This document shows positions 12,768 through 24,875 of a stretch of DNA of 64,000 nucleotides, piece after piece. The notes under the pieces were generated by a model that had not been told where the DNA came from, made no database searches, and was given only the letters and a program-made list of their open reading frames with translations. Numbering within the stretch: the first letter of the stretch is position 1; each line of letters starts with the position of its first letter. The stretch is from Eledone cirrhosa (taxonomy: Eukaryota), in assembly GCA_964016885.1 (NCBI GenBank), contig OZ024741.1, positions 88,784,001-88,848,000 on the forward strand, given 5' to 3'. The translations under genes were made by a program, and so were the position numbers.

Positions 12768-13200
12768 GTCTAACCCTTGCAAGCACGGGGAGGGGGGGGG
12801 GGATAGATGTTGAACAGCAATAATGATGATGACAGCAACCAAAAAATAATTTAGCTTTTCATAGAGCATAGTGGGTTTTCACCAAAAAGTAAGGGTCCAG
12901 TGGAGTTGCAGATTAGAAAAGAGTGCCACTAATTTTACATTGCCATAATAAAACACTAGCAGCACTAGGTCACTTACTATTCTGGTAGAGTGAGGCGGAA
13001 GTATGTTGTGGAAGAGGAAAACAAAGATGAAGAAGTTGGTAAAGGGAAAGAGGCGGAATATAAAAAGAAATCACTCAGTACAAAGGCTATCAGAAATGTT
13101 TTAAACACAACATTTAACACAGACATAATAAATGAGACAAACTAGATTGATTTGCATAAGTCACTGTAATCAAAACAGATCACATTCCATCAGCTCTGCC

Positions 13201-13300
13201 ACTCACCATGTTCAACCTAACCAGCACACACACACAAATGCCAAAGAGAATAAAAAAATAAAACAAGACCCATCCAACTTCCTGGCAGGATGTTGAAGAA
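13201..13300 (-). other. Candidate host-gene exon 3' end with splice donor ATG|GTGAGT
   Basis: Minus strand 'ttgaacATG|gtgagtgg' (ATG 13209-13207) in non-TE sequence; exon 5' boundary unknown. Confidence 0.3.
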
Positions 13301-13982
13301 TCAAACACCCCAGAACACACAGCAAAACTAAAAACATGAATATAGTAACTACTACTACTAACAGTGGTAGTGGTGGTAGTAATAGTAGTGGTGGTGGTAT
13401 ATTGTGTAGGTGTTGGTAGTAGTGATAAGAACAAGAATAATGAATGAATAATCAAATGAATGAATGAATTACTATTAACCATGCATGTATGAATAAAAAC
13501 CACAAAACAACAACAAAAACAAACTGTAGAGTTATTTATTTAACAGAGATAAGATTTCCAGCAATTTACTGAGCCATATCAAGGAAGAATCTCTACCATT
13601 TCCTTTCTTAAGGATATCTCCTCAAACAGGATACAAAGATCCTTAAATTCTGATTTCATTTTTCATATGAAGATGTCAACACATGGATGTATTTTAAGTT
13701 TTATTGAACCCAGCCAGTGTCAGATAACAGTCACTATCACCATCTTTGATGAGAGGAGGCAGAAATGAGGAAGTAAGCAGTGAAGGTGACTGGGGGTAGG
13801 GTGGAAGAAGGACAAAAAAAAAATAAAAGACCTGGTATGCATGTTTGGGAGGGAGGTAAGACCACAGATTTCTTTAAATGACTGGAGCATTCACCATTGC
13901 TTATTACCACCAACAAAAACTTACTTGTGTATGTGTGCATGTGTGAGGGTGTCTTTGCGTAGGTGTGCTGAAATTCTTAGGC

Positions 13983-14013
<31 letters not shown>

Positions 14014-15990
14014 GTGGAGATTTCCCTTTTTCTCAGACAAACCTGAGAAACAAGTCCACCTAAGTGCATGCTGAGATTCCGTGTGACTATCTGTGAAAGA
14101 GAGGATAGAAACTAGGCAGGATGTGAGAGATATGAGCTGAAAGCATCTATACAGCAACCATCCACAAGCAACCTCTAGACATAGATGCAAATCTTTTGGG
14201 TTCTAGTCTTCCAAAATGTGGGGACACACATGTTTTAGCTATTACTACATCTGACATAACACAAACAGCTAATACTCTACATACAGTATTAGCTGTTGTA
14301 GGTTTTATATTTTATGTGGGAGCAGTGGATAAGTGGAAACTGTAGAGCAGCATTTAAAAAAAAGGGACTTTCTGTATTTACTCCCAGGTCCCAAATAATA
14401 GGGGTGTGTGTAGAATAAGCCGGGGGTGGTGGTGGAATTCGGCAATTTTTCTAAAAATTAACGGAGAAGTGGGAGGCATTATTCAAGACTCAAGAGTAGT
14501 TACATTATTCTATATTCTAAGTATTCTAATTTCACCATCCCACATATGGTATGGATGTACACATAATCTACTATATGCCAAAAAAAGGGGTGAGAAGACT
14601 CTTCAGTTGTGTCAAAGGCATGACAACCTCTCTAGTGTTGGTGGCAATAAAACACACAGAGTACACACTGTAAAGTGGTTGATGATAGAAAGGGCATCCA
14701 GCTGTAGAAAACTTGCCAAACAAATGGTTCAGGTGACTCTTCAATTGTGTCAAAGACAGGCCAAATTTTCTAGTGCTGGTGTCACAATAAAATGCACCTA
14801 GCACACTCTGTAGAGTGCAGGAACATATGTAAGGGAGATGTGGCCCCTGGCCCATCTAAGCAGTCAATAGTTCTGACTAAATACTAACTTGATCAATAAT
14901 GACCCATTCAAGCTTTGCTAGTAGGAAAAATGAATGTCAGATGATGAAGATGATGATGATAATGATGATCATCTTTTAAAATGTGAGAACCTTGTGCCCA
15001 AGTAAGAACTTCCCTCTAAAATGTGTGATCTTGTATCCAGGTAAGAATACTTTGTTGTTATTATCATCTCACCATCTTTGCTACCATTCTCTGTCCTCTA
15101 CATAAAGGGTTCTTGCCTCACATACCAGAAAAACAATGAAATCATATTTTAAAAACTGTATTTAAAAAATATTGTTAGTATGGAGAATTAAGGTAAATAA
15201 TACAAACAGTCTGAGGGGGTAGCATAAGGATGGGTGTTGGGTAACAATAAGGGTGGGTGTTGGGTAGCAATAAGGGTGGGTGTTGGGTAGCAGTAAGGGT
15301 GGGTGATTGTGAGTACCATAGATATCAATGAAGAGTCACATAGGAAAAACAGAATATTGGGAATGCGTGTGCATGTGTATGCATGCAGGTGTGTGTGTGT
15401 GTGCATGCGTGCGTTTGTGTATAAAACTCAAGTTTTAGTTAGATGCCAGCAAAACTGTGGGGTTGAATCTAATTAACTCTAAGTAATTCGTTCAGATAAA
15501 AAAGAGCTTCATATGGTGTGTAACATAGGCCTCACTGGGAGTAGGAATCATTGTTACCTTTTACTTCAAAGAATTCCCAGTAGTAAAACACCTGCTAATT
15601 CAATTTATGCAAACACATGATCCTCTCAAACCATCGCATGCTTTCTTATATATGCGTGTTCATATTTGTTATGTGTAATGTTGTTGTTGTTGTTTAACCA
15701 CAGAGCAGACCTCTATGATCAAAGGTATTCCATTTGCTTTTCCTTTTACATATTTCAGGCATGGGACTGATTACATTATCCAATGTGTCTCTCCCTGAAT
15801 GATTCGGCTGCTATTTCTAACAGCTCAAGTGACCATGTAGAGAATCCATATTGAGAATGTGTGTGTGTATACATGTTAGTGCACATGCATGTAAGGTTGC
15901 TGTTGCTGTTTAGCCCCAGGTCAACTTTGGTCACATTCCAACCATGACCATTCTATTTATTTAGATGACACTCATCCACTTCTGTCCATA

Positions 15991-16405
15991 CTGTAAGGTG
16001 GTCATGTAGGTGTCACGACAAAAAGCACTCAGCCCACACTGTAAGGACTGTAAGGTGGTCATGTAGGTGTCACGACAAAAAGCACCCAGCCCGCACTGTA
16101 AGGTGGTCGTGTAGGTGTCACGAAAAAAAGCACCCAGCCCACACTGTAAGATGGTCATGTAGGTGTCAAGATAAAAAGCACCCAGCCCATGCTGTAAAGT
16201 GGTTGTGTAGGTGTTATGACAAAAAACACCCAGACCACACTGTAAATGAGGTTGGTGTTAGGAAGGGGATCCAGCCATAGAAACCTAGCTAGAAACAGTT
16301 CTATATGAGCAAGACATGGTCACCTGATCCAACTTGCCTCTAATGGGACAACCCATCTAACGCATGCTAGCGTGGAAAATGGACATTAAACAATGATGAT
16401 GATTA
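15991..16405 (+). repeat. SINE/RTE 3' body with five tandem 48-bp units followed by an RTE tail
   Basis: Units start at 15991, 16048, 16096, 16144, 16192; then 'ggttggtgttaggaaggg...gctagcgtgg...atgatgat'. Confidence 0.88.
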
Positions 16406-17107
16406 TGACATTATCCAATATATTTTTTCTTAAGATAATGGTTGTGAGGGAGGTTTGGCTGTTGTCATTAGTAAGTCAAGTAATAGTATAGAGGCACAAT
16501 CCTTGGCTCATGTGTGTACATAGTTATGTATATATAGGTATTCTTATATACATATGTAGGGTAGTGAATTGGGAGAATCATTAGAGCACCAGATTATATG
16601 GTTCTGTATTTGTTGAGACTCTCTGATGGTCATGCTCAAATCTCAGAGATCAACTTTGCTTTTCATGCTCTCAGGGGTCAATAAATAATGTGCCAGTTCA
16701 GGGCAGTGGATTAGTGGAATTGTTAAAGAAGCAGATGTGATGCTTTGTGGTATCTAATCTAGCTGTGTGCCTTCTGAGTTCAAATCCCACCACCTTCTGC
16801 CAAGAGTTGCACCCAGCAGATAGTATTAGCAACAGGAAAACCAATAGAAACATAGTTTCTTGATCTGATCTGATGATTGGCTCCTTATGTATGTGCATAT
16901 GTACAATAACATGAAATAGCTACCCTTCATAGTAAAAGTTACATATGGTTACTGTTATAGTTGACAGTTGTTACAGCCAATGAAAGAGCATATATATAAT
17001 ATATGAAAGCATATAAGATATGTTTATGTATAATATACAAACAAGAGATTTGCTATGAATATTTTAAGCTTTGATCATATTGCAGCTGAGGACATCTCAG
17101 TAGCCGT

Positions 17108-17247
17108 ATGCAAATGCCAGACACATGTTTCTGAATTTTTATCTGTTTTTGGTGACATTTACACACCCGGTACCGAGACAAGAATAAGCTAAAGCTTATA
17201 TTTACCTTACTGCATATGAAATATTAGCTGAAGATTCTCATTTGCAT
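17108..17247. promoter_or_regulatory. Candidate enhancer with two perfect octamer (POU) motifs
   Basis: ATGCAAAT 17108-17115 and ATTTGCAT 17240-17247, plus 'tgcatatgaaat' between them, in non-repetitive sequence. Confidence 0.3.
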
Positions 17248-18363
17248 ATAGTGCAAACTTGACCAGCTAGTAGTAGCACTAACACAGTGTGGTGAATAAT
17301 AGAGGTGTTTATGAAGGCATATACATAATCATTTGATTTGCTAAAAATATCTACCAAATTGCCCCCAAATTATACCCTATCTTAAAAAGTTCACATTGTA
17401 TAATGTGGTTTTGAGTTCTCTGCACATAGGAAAAAGACAGAATCTCCCACAACTGGAATGCCATTGATCATAGGTCTGATTGGTTGTAACTAGCCTGTGG
17501 CTAAACAACAACAACCTAAGAATTCTTAAATTCCCTATCTCTACCACATACACAGTGGAGCTGGGGTGTAAATCCAAATAGATGAGAAAGCAAGACATTG
17601 TGTGTGGGTGGTAGTGTTTGTGGTTGTGTATGGAGGGAAGAAACATTAACCTTCTCAATAATTCAACTGGTTTCAACAAGCTGAAACAGGAAGTACAAAT
17701 AGAGGAATGGTGTCACATGAACCATTTTAAACAGGCAGTTAATTAGTGTAAAGGAAGGGGAGCAGGACAAGAACCTCCAGCCCTTCAGAGCAGTGAAGGG
17801 TGAAAGTATGGCAAGATTACAAAGAATGATCCCACATAGGAATACTTTAGAGGCCAAGAATCTTTGAAATAAAATAACAACAATAATAATAATATAAAAA
17901 ATGAGTTCATTTTTTTAAAATTACAATTCTTCACAAGTCTTACATTTTATTCATTTATTTGATAACACCCTAAGGCAGGAGAGAAATAACTGAAGCCAAC
18001 CCATTCCACTTAACAACTCTGTCTAACCTGGTTAACCTAAAAATGATGGGGTTACAAAAGGAAATTGTTGTTCTATAGCCTTTGAGAGAGGTTAAAGATA
18101 TTGGAGTATGTGGATAATATCATTCAGAGACTGACAAGGGTGAATGGAAGGTAACAGAAGGCTAATTGATACAAGAAACAAAAATTAACACAGTCATTAT
18201 TAAATTCAGAGAATAAATAGTAATAATAATAAATGGGAAGACTAAAATCCAAAGAGGGCTCGATAAGGATAAATATATATCAAATATATAAGAACCCGAG
18301 AGCAAATATTCATTAAAATGACAGATTAGTTTCATGCTTTATATGGAAAAGGGGAAAGAAAGT

Positions 18364-18398
18364 TTGACGTGTCAAGCTTTAGCCCTTCTTCAGGAGTA
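18364..18398 (-). ncRNA. Heavily decayed hammerhead-like motif
   Basis: Minus strand CTGAAGA-A-GGGC-taaa-GCTT-GAcACGTC; GAAA core mutated. Confidence 0.3.
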
Positions 18399-18484
18399 CA
18401 AAAATAGAGACAATACATCATCATCACCGTTAATGTCCATTGGGAGACAAGTCAGATCAGATGACCCACACATATATACACATA

Positions 18485-18666
18485 TAATTGTTTCTACTTT
18501 TGGCACAAGGCCAGCAATTATCCCAGTGCATTACTGGTACTTTATTTTATCGACCCCGTAAGGATGAAAGGCAAAGTTAACCTCGGCGGGATTTGAACTC
18601 AGATCATAAAGGGAGGTAACTATGCTTCAAAGCATGGTGTCCGACCCTCTACCGATACTGCCAATC
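18485..18666 (-). mobile_element. SINE family 2 copy
   Basis: Head with A/B boxes plus conserved core and short tail. Confidence 0.85.
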
Positions 18667-18999
18667 CTATTCAGTAATTTATTAGGAGTGGTACCAATGT
18701 GGACGCTATGGCAGAGTGTATAAAGTCTGATATGACAGTTTCAGTTTAAAATGTCTTCATTGTGTATCCACAAGTTGATTTACAATAAAAATATTTTAAA
18801 TTGGAACTTCTTCAAATCACAATATTTCCAGTTCATGTTCATTGGTCTCCAATGACCAATGAAACATACGTACCTGGCATGGCCTTAATATGTTCCGCTC
18901 ACACTATTATTAGTATTAGTGTTGTATTTATTCATTTCACTAGCCTCCACAACACATTTTTTTTTACCCTCGTTTTCTTTTCCCATGCTGGCCAATATG

Positions 19000-21900
19000 A
19001 CTGTCTCTCTACGAAATCATCTACTCACTTCCTCTCTCTTACATTATTATTATTATTGTTGTATTTACCATTTCGTTGTCTCTACGAAATCATAACATTT
19101 CGCCTTGTCTAAATACTCGTATCGGTTTATTTTGCCCTGAGATGCTATAGGCCATGATGGCTACCTATCTCACAATTTTCCTCCCGCTCACCTCCTCACA
19201 CCACCATAGCCTATTCGACCAATCGACCCCCCTCCCCACCCATTACCAATAACTCTGCCATTACTACTATTACTACTACCTACCTCTCTCCTCCCTCGTC
19301 CCAGCCCCAACAAACCCTGCCATTATTACCACCACCACTGTTCTTCTAACCCTGAATTCTCCTACCGTTATGTATGGATGAGCTGAGAATAAATGGAGCA
19401 ACCCTGAATTAATAAATGAGTATGAATCCGTGAGCTACCAAGCACCCATGTGAAGCTTCAATTCAGAGACAGGAAGCATACACACACCCCTGCAGAAATC
19501 GACCCTTTCCCACGAATGTTGACAAATGCCCAAAACTCCGAGTTGGAACCATCAATGTAAGCACAATGAAAGGAAGAGCAGGAGAAATCGTAGAGGTGCT
19601 AGAGCGAAAGAAAATTGATGTATGCTGTGTGCAAGAGACTAGATGGAGAGGAAAGTCTGCTAGAGTCCTTGTAGGAAAAAGTCAGTGCTACAAATTTTTC
19701 TGGGTGGGAAATGACGATGGAATGGGTGGTGTAGGTATCCTACTAGCTGACAAGTGGGTAGATAAAGTATCTCAGTGAACAGAGTGAATGCAAGAATCAT
19801 TAAACTCAGACTAGTCCTGAATAAAACAATTACCACAATAATATCAACTTATGCACCCCAGTCGGGGTTGCCAGACGAACTGAAGGATAGGTTTTACGAG
19901 TCCCTAATGTACACTACTGCTCTAACAAACGACAATGACTTCCTAATCATTGCAGGAGATTTTAACGAATACGTAGGTAAACACTGACGGCTTCTATACA
20001 ATCTATGGAGGCCATGGGGTTGGCACAAGAAATGAAGAAGGATTCAGGTTTTTAGAATTCTGTGACGCCAATGACATGTCGAACACAAACTTCAAAAAAC
20101 CCGACAACCACCTGATCACCTATAGATCAGAGGAGCATTCTAGTCAGATAGATTTCATCCTCATCAGAGGACGTGATAGATGGACGGTCGTAAACACAAA
20201 AGTCTTCCCTAGTGAGGAATGTACCTCCCAACATAGCTTAGTTGTCAGCGACCTCACGGTCAGAACTAGACTAACCTGGAGAAGAAAGATCTGGAAGATG
20301 AAAGACCCCTCAGCCAGTAACAGATTTAGAGATATTTTACACAACGCCTACGACAGTAAAGAAGAACAGATAGAGACATTCAATGTAAAAGAGCACTGGG
20401 AGTTCCTAAAAAATAACTTACTAGAGGCGATGGATGAGATCTGTGGCTGGAGTAAAACCACAAGCAGGAGGAGAGTGACTTGGTGGTGGAACAATAAGGT
20501 AGATGAGACAGTTAAGGCCAAGAGACAGGCATGGAAAGAATGGAAGAACGAGGGAAGCAGGGTACATTACATAGAGACCAGAAGGGAAGCTAGGCAACAA
20601 GTATACTTAGCTAGGAGGGAAGCAGAGGATAGAAAATTCAAGCATGTTTTGCAACGTGAGGACCAGAAACAGGAGGTGTTCAAGATTGCGAGGCAGTGTG
20701 TCAGAGAGAATTGTGATGTCATTGGAGAGAAGTGTATCCGGAATGATAAAGGTGAGCTTGCCCTCACAAGTGCTGAGAAGAAAGATGTGTGGAAGAGCCA
20801 TTATGATAGATTACTAAATGAGGAGAATGCATGGGAAGAAGAGACCCTACCCCTAGTAGACCCTATAGAGGGGCCAGCAGTACAAGTCAGCAGCAGCGTA
20901 GTAAGTAAGGCAATCAAAGATATGAAGACAGGGAAGGCAACCGGTCCATCGGATATAGCTGCCAAGATGCTGAAGGCATCTTGGTCGGTAGGTCACACCA
21001 TAACGACAAATATTGTTAACTAGGTAATACTAGGTGTCATACCAAAGGATTGGTGCAGTAGCATCATTGTCAACTGCTACAAAGGCAAAGGTGATGCACT
21101 AGATAGAGGAAACTATAGAGGTATAAAGCTTATGGACCAGGTCATGAAAGTAACAGAAAGAGTTATAGCACAGTTGATTACGGACCGGGTGAAACTAGAT
21201 GAGATGCAATTTGGGTTTGTGCCAGGAAGAGGCACCACTGATGCCCTCTTCCTTGTGAGGCAGTTACAGGAAATGTACCTAGCTAAAAGTAAGCCACTCT
21301 ACCTGGCATTCGTCGATCTCGAGAAAGCCTTTGACAGAGTTCCCTGTGCTATAATCTGGTGGGCTCTTAGAAAAGCAAAGTTAGGATTAGCAATGAGTAT
21401 AGCAAGGAATTTAGCGTATAGGTTGGTGTCCACCAGGGCTCCGTTCTTAGCCCTCTCCTGTTCATCATAGTCCTGCAGGCAATAACGGAGGAGTTTAAGA
21501 CCGGATGCCCATGGGAACTCCTGTATGCAGATAACCTCGCACTTATAGCTGAATCTATGGTAGAACTAGAGAAGAAATTCCAAACTTGGAAGCTGGGACT
21601 AGAAAGAAAGGGTCTCAAAGTCAACCTGACAAAGACTAAGGTCCTTGTAAGTAGACGAGAAAACAGAACCCAGATCCCCTCAGGGAAATGGTCTTGTTCA
21701 GTATGTAGGAAAAATGTAGGTAGGAACTCCATTCTCTGCCCCAAATGCAAACAATGGGTACACAAGAGATGTAGCGGGATCTCAGGAAGCTTAACTAAGA
21801 ATGTAGGCTTTACATGTAGCAGCTGTGCTGGGACAGCAAGCAGCAAACAGCCACAGGAAACAAGTACCACCAAACTCTGGGAGGGCTCCGTAGAAACAGT

Positions 21901-22740
21901 AGACAGCTTCTGCTACCTAGGTGACCAAATTAGCAACAGAGGTGGGTGTTCGGAAAGTACAATAACTAGGGTAAGAACGGGATGGAAGAAGTTCAGGGCA
22001 CTACTGCCACTGCTAGCTACAAAAGGCTTTTCCCTCAAAATGAAAGGCAGACTGTATGATGCGTGTATACGAACAGCAATGTTACATGGTAGTGTGACCT
22101 GGGCGCTGTCTGTGGAAGACTTGCGTAGATTAGAAAGAAACGAAGTCTGCATGCTCCGATGGATGTGTAATAGTAATATACACGAATGGCAAAGCATAAA
22201 TGAATTGAGAGAGAGACTGAGCATAAGAGGAATCAAATGCTGCGTGCAGGAGAGGCGGTTGCATTGGTATGGACATGTGATGCGTATGAAGGATGACAGC
22301 TGCATAAAAAGGTGCAGAGCACTAGAAGTCAATGAAAACCGCGGAGTGGGGAGACCCAAGAAGATCTGGGATGAGGTGATAAAAGCCAACCTTACCCAAT
22401 TACACTTCTCAAGGGCGATGACACACGACCATGACCTCTGGCGTCACGCAGTAATACAGAGTACCCCCCCCCCCCCACGGGTACAAGCCGAAGCTGAATC
22501 ATATAGACAATATGCCCCCACTGCAAAGTGCTCGTAGAGGTGCCACGGCAAAAAAAGCACCCAGCACTCACTGTAAATGAGATTGGTGTTAGAAGGGCAT
22601 CCAGCTGTAGAAATCAAGCCAGAATTAGTTCCCGTATGAGCAAGACAAGGTCAGCCGACCGGACACTGCCCACAACAGGACAACCCGTCTAACCCATGCT
22701 AGCATGGAAGAACAGATGTAAAACGGTGATGATGATGATA
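19000..22740 (+). mobile_element. RTE-clade LINE, family A, near full length, degenerate (5' boundary approximate)
   Basis: EN begins LRVGTINV at 19536; QETRW, YAPQ, GDFN, IDF motifs; RT QFGF, DLEKAFD, LLYADN; PHD finger; long 3' UTR ending (GAT)n at 22740. Confidence 0.93.
19536..22537 (+). pseudogene. APE endonuclease-RT-PHD ORF of LINE A, broken by stops, frameshifts and a deletion near 21375
   Basis: ORF pieces 19566..19778, 19775..19987, 20076..21023, 21132..21470, 21557..22537. Confidence 0.9.
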
Positions 22741-23000
22741 TATGATTGCTGCAACTCGATTTCAAGTAATGCCATCGCTTGATACTTAAGTATGAGCATC
22801 ACGGACGTGGCTTTTGAGTCCTACTAGGGATTTGCCTAGGCCAACAATGCCATACATTGCACAAAATGTCACATATCAAGCAATGTCTGTATTTGAAATG
22901 AGGAAAGGCTTTGCATAGGGCCAATCCAACTCTCTGAATAACGATTGCATCCGAAAAGTAGAACTGGTCTACATCATTGGATGCAAACGTAGTGGCAAGT
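22741..23000 (-). mobile_element. 3' end of a different RTE (BovB-like) LINE with terminal C2H2 finger
   Basis: Minus strand ...LCNVW.../GKSLVGLKSHVRDAHT* across a frameshift, then a short 3' UTR lying tail-to-tail with LINE A. Confidence 0.5.
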
Positions 23001-23294
23001 TTTATATCCTAGAGGGATATCTTAATGAAGACTAGGAGTCTCTCACGCACACAAACACACATATATATATATACATAATGTTTCCCTAGCACCCGATGGG
23101 AGGAGGCCAGTATTGAAGAAGCTCCTCCACAATACAGTAGTGGTCATAACTGAGCCCTGAAATCTAAGGTTGCGCATACATGTTAAGTGTATGGAACTTT
23201 ATTTATACTATATATACATATATATATGTTTCAAAATGTGATTACATATCAAGAATCTTGTAAAACAAATACATAACCATATATATTTTCTAGT

Positions 23295-23600
23295 CCTGTA
23301 ACTCCTGATAGAGCTGTAGGGGTGCTGTATACAGTGTTTCTTGAGCATTTTAAGCCTGGCGGAACCCAACCATCTCCAGGTCTGAACACAGCAGATTTCT
23401 TCCAGAGAAACATAGAAAGTGAAAGAGAGGAAGTGAGAAAGAGATATAGAGGAAGAATTGACCCCAGACTGGTACTTTTTATCAGCCTTGAAAGGATAAT
23501 AGGCAAAGTTGACCAGTGGGATTTAAACTCAGAAAGCAGACAGCCAGAATGAATACTGCAAAGCATTCTATCCAATGTTTTAAGAACTCTGCCAATTTGT
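23295..23600 (-). mobile_element. Older SINE family 2 variant with a long alternative tail
   Basis: Family-2 core followed by '...gtgttcagacctggagatgg...gcttaaaatgctcaagaaa'; paralogues at ~42215-42550 (-) and ~24900-25130 (+). Confidence 0.65.
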
Positions 23601-23603
23601 TTC

Positions 23604-23645
<42 letters not shown>

Positions 23646-23803
23646 CAAGATACTCTCATGAAATGACCAAATGAGGTTTATTTTTCAACATAGTCCCTGG
23701 AATGAAAAATGCAGTTATTAATAAGAGTTGAAATTAATGCATCCAAGATTTCAGTTCTATCATCACTCCTTCATAATCAGCCTATGAACTTTTCAGCTGC
23801 CGC

Positions 23804-23834
<31 letters not shown>

Positions 23835-24711
23835 TGTGTGTGTAACAAGTCAATTGCTATAAATAATAGCTTAGAAAATCAAGTAAAATCCCCCTGTAGA
23901 CGAAAAACTGTGGCCAGTGCTTCGATAATTCATAAGATATATATTTTATATACATATACATCATTTACAGCAAATGATATCAATACATGGTCACTTGGTC
24001 ATTTCACTTTTACTGGTCAAGGCTGGACACAAAAGCATACAGACAGAGAGAGGGGGGGGGTGATAGACAGCCAGAGAACTAGATGGACAGATACATTTCA
24101 AAAATAAAATAGACAACATCAATAATAAGAGCAGCAGTCAGACAACAGATGAAGACTGATAGGCAACAGACAGATGAATGCTAGATAGAGAGAACCAGAT
24201 AGTTGAATTGATGGATGGTTCTAGATAGTATATATAGATAGACAAATGTAGACATAGTATAACAACAGTGTTGGAGGATGTGAACAACCAAAATATACTT
24301 GTGTTACAAAGTTGTTGAGGTCAAGACTGTTAAATGACATCAGAAACCTATCATTTTCCCAGTGAACACTAAGGAACCTAGACATACTAAAAGTACTGTC
24401 TGTTTTGGAACTAAGTGCAGTGTACTGTCTTACATGTAGCTGACCTTCTACTGGTACAACTTGTTAGTCTACATATATATTATATAATACAACACTAACC
24501 AAATTCTTGATGACTATTACATTTGAATGTATATCATTATTTTAGTTGTGGCTCTTTATATTCTGAGTTCAAATGCTACCAAAATCAATTTTGCCTTTCA
24601 TTCTTCAGGAGTCAATAAAATAAAATACCAGTCGAGTACTGGGATCAATTTAACTGACTTTCCCCTCCCCTCAAAAATGTCAGGCCTTGTGTCTAAATTA
24701 AAAACCATTAT

Positions 24712-24875
24712 TAGTGGATTGGCAGTATCGGTAGAGAGTCGGACGCCGTAGTTACGTCCCTTTACTGTCTGAGTTCAAATTCCGCCGAGGTTCACTTTGC
24801 CTTTCATCCTTACGGGGGTTGATAAAATAAAGTACCAGTAATGTACTGGCCTTGTGCCAAAAGTAAAAACAATTA
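24712..24875 (+). mobile_element. SINE family 2 copy
   Basis: A box TGGCAGTATCGG, B box GAGTTCAAATT, conserved core. Confidence 0.8.

Noticed and set aside
15991-16245. Regularly spaced repeats resembling a CRISPR array
   Set aside because: Contiguous 48-bp tandem units with no unique spacers, eukaryotic context, no cas genes.
18830-19535. HDV-like ribozyme or ORF1 in the LINE A 5' region (and LINE C 38630-39050)
   Set aside because: No nested double pseudoknot or conserved ORF identifiable by eye; needs a descriptor search.
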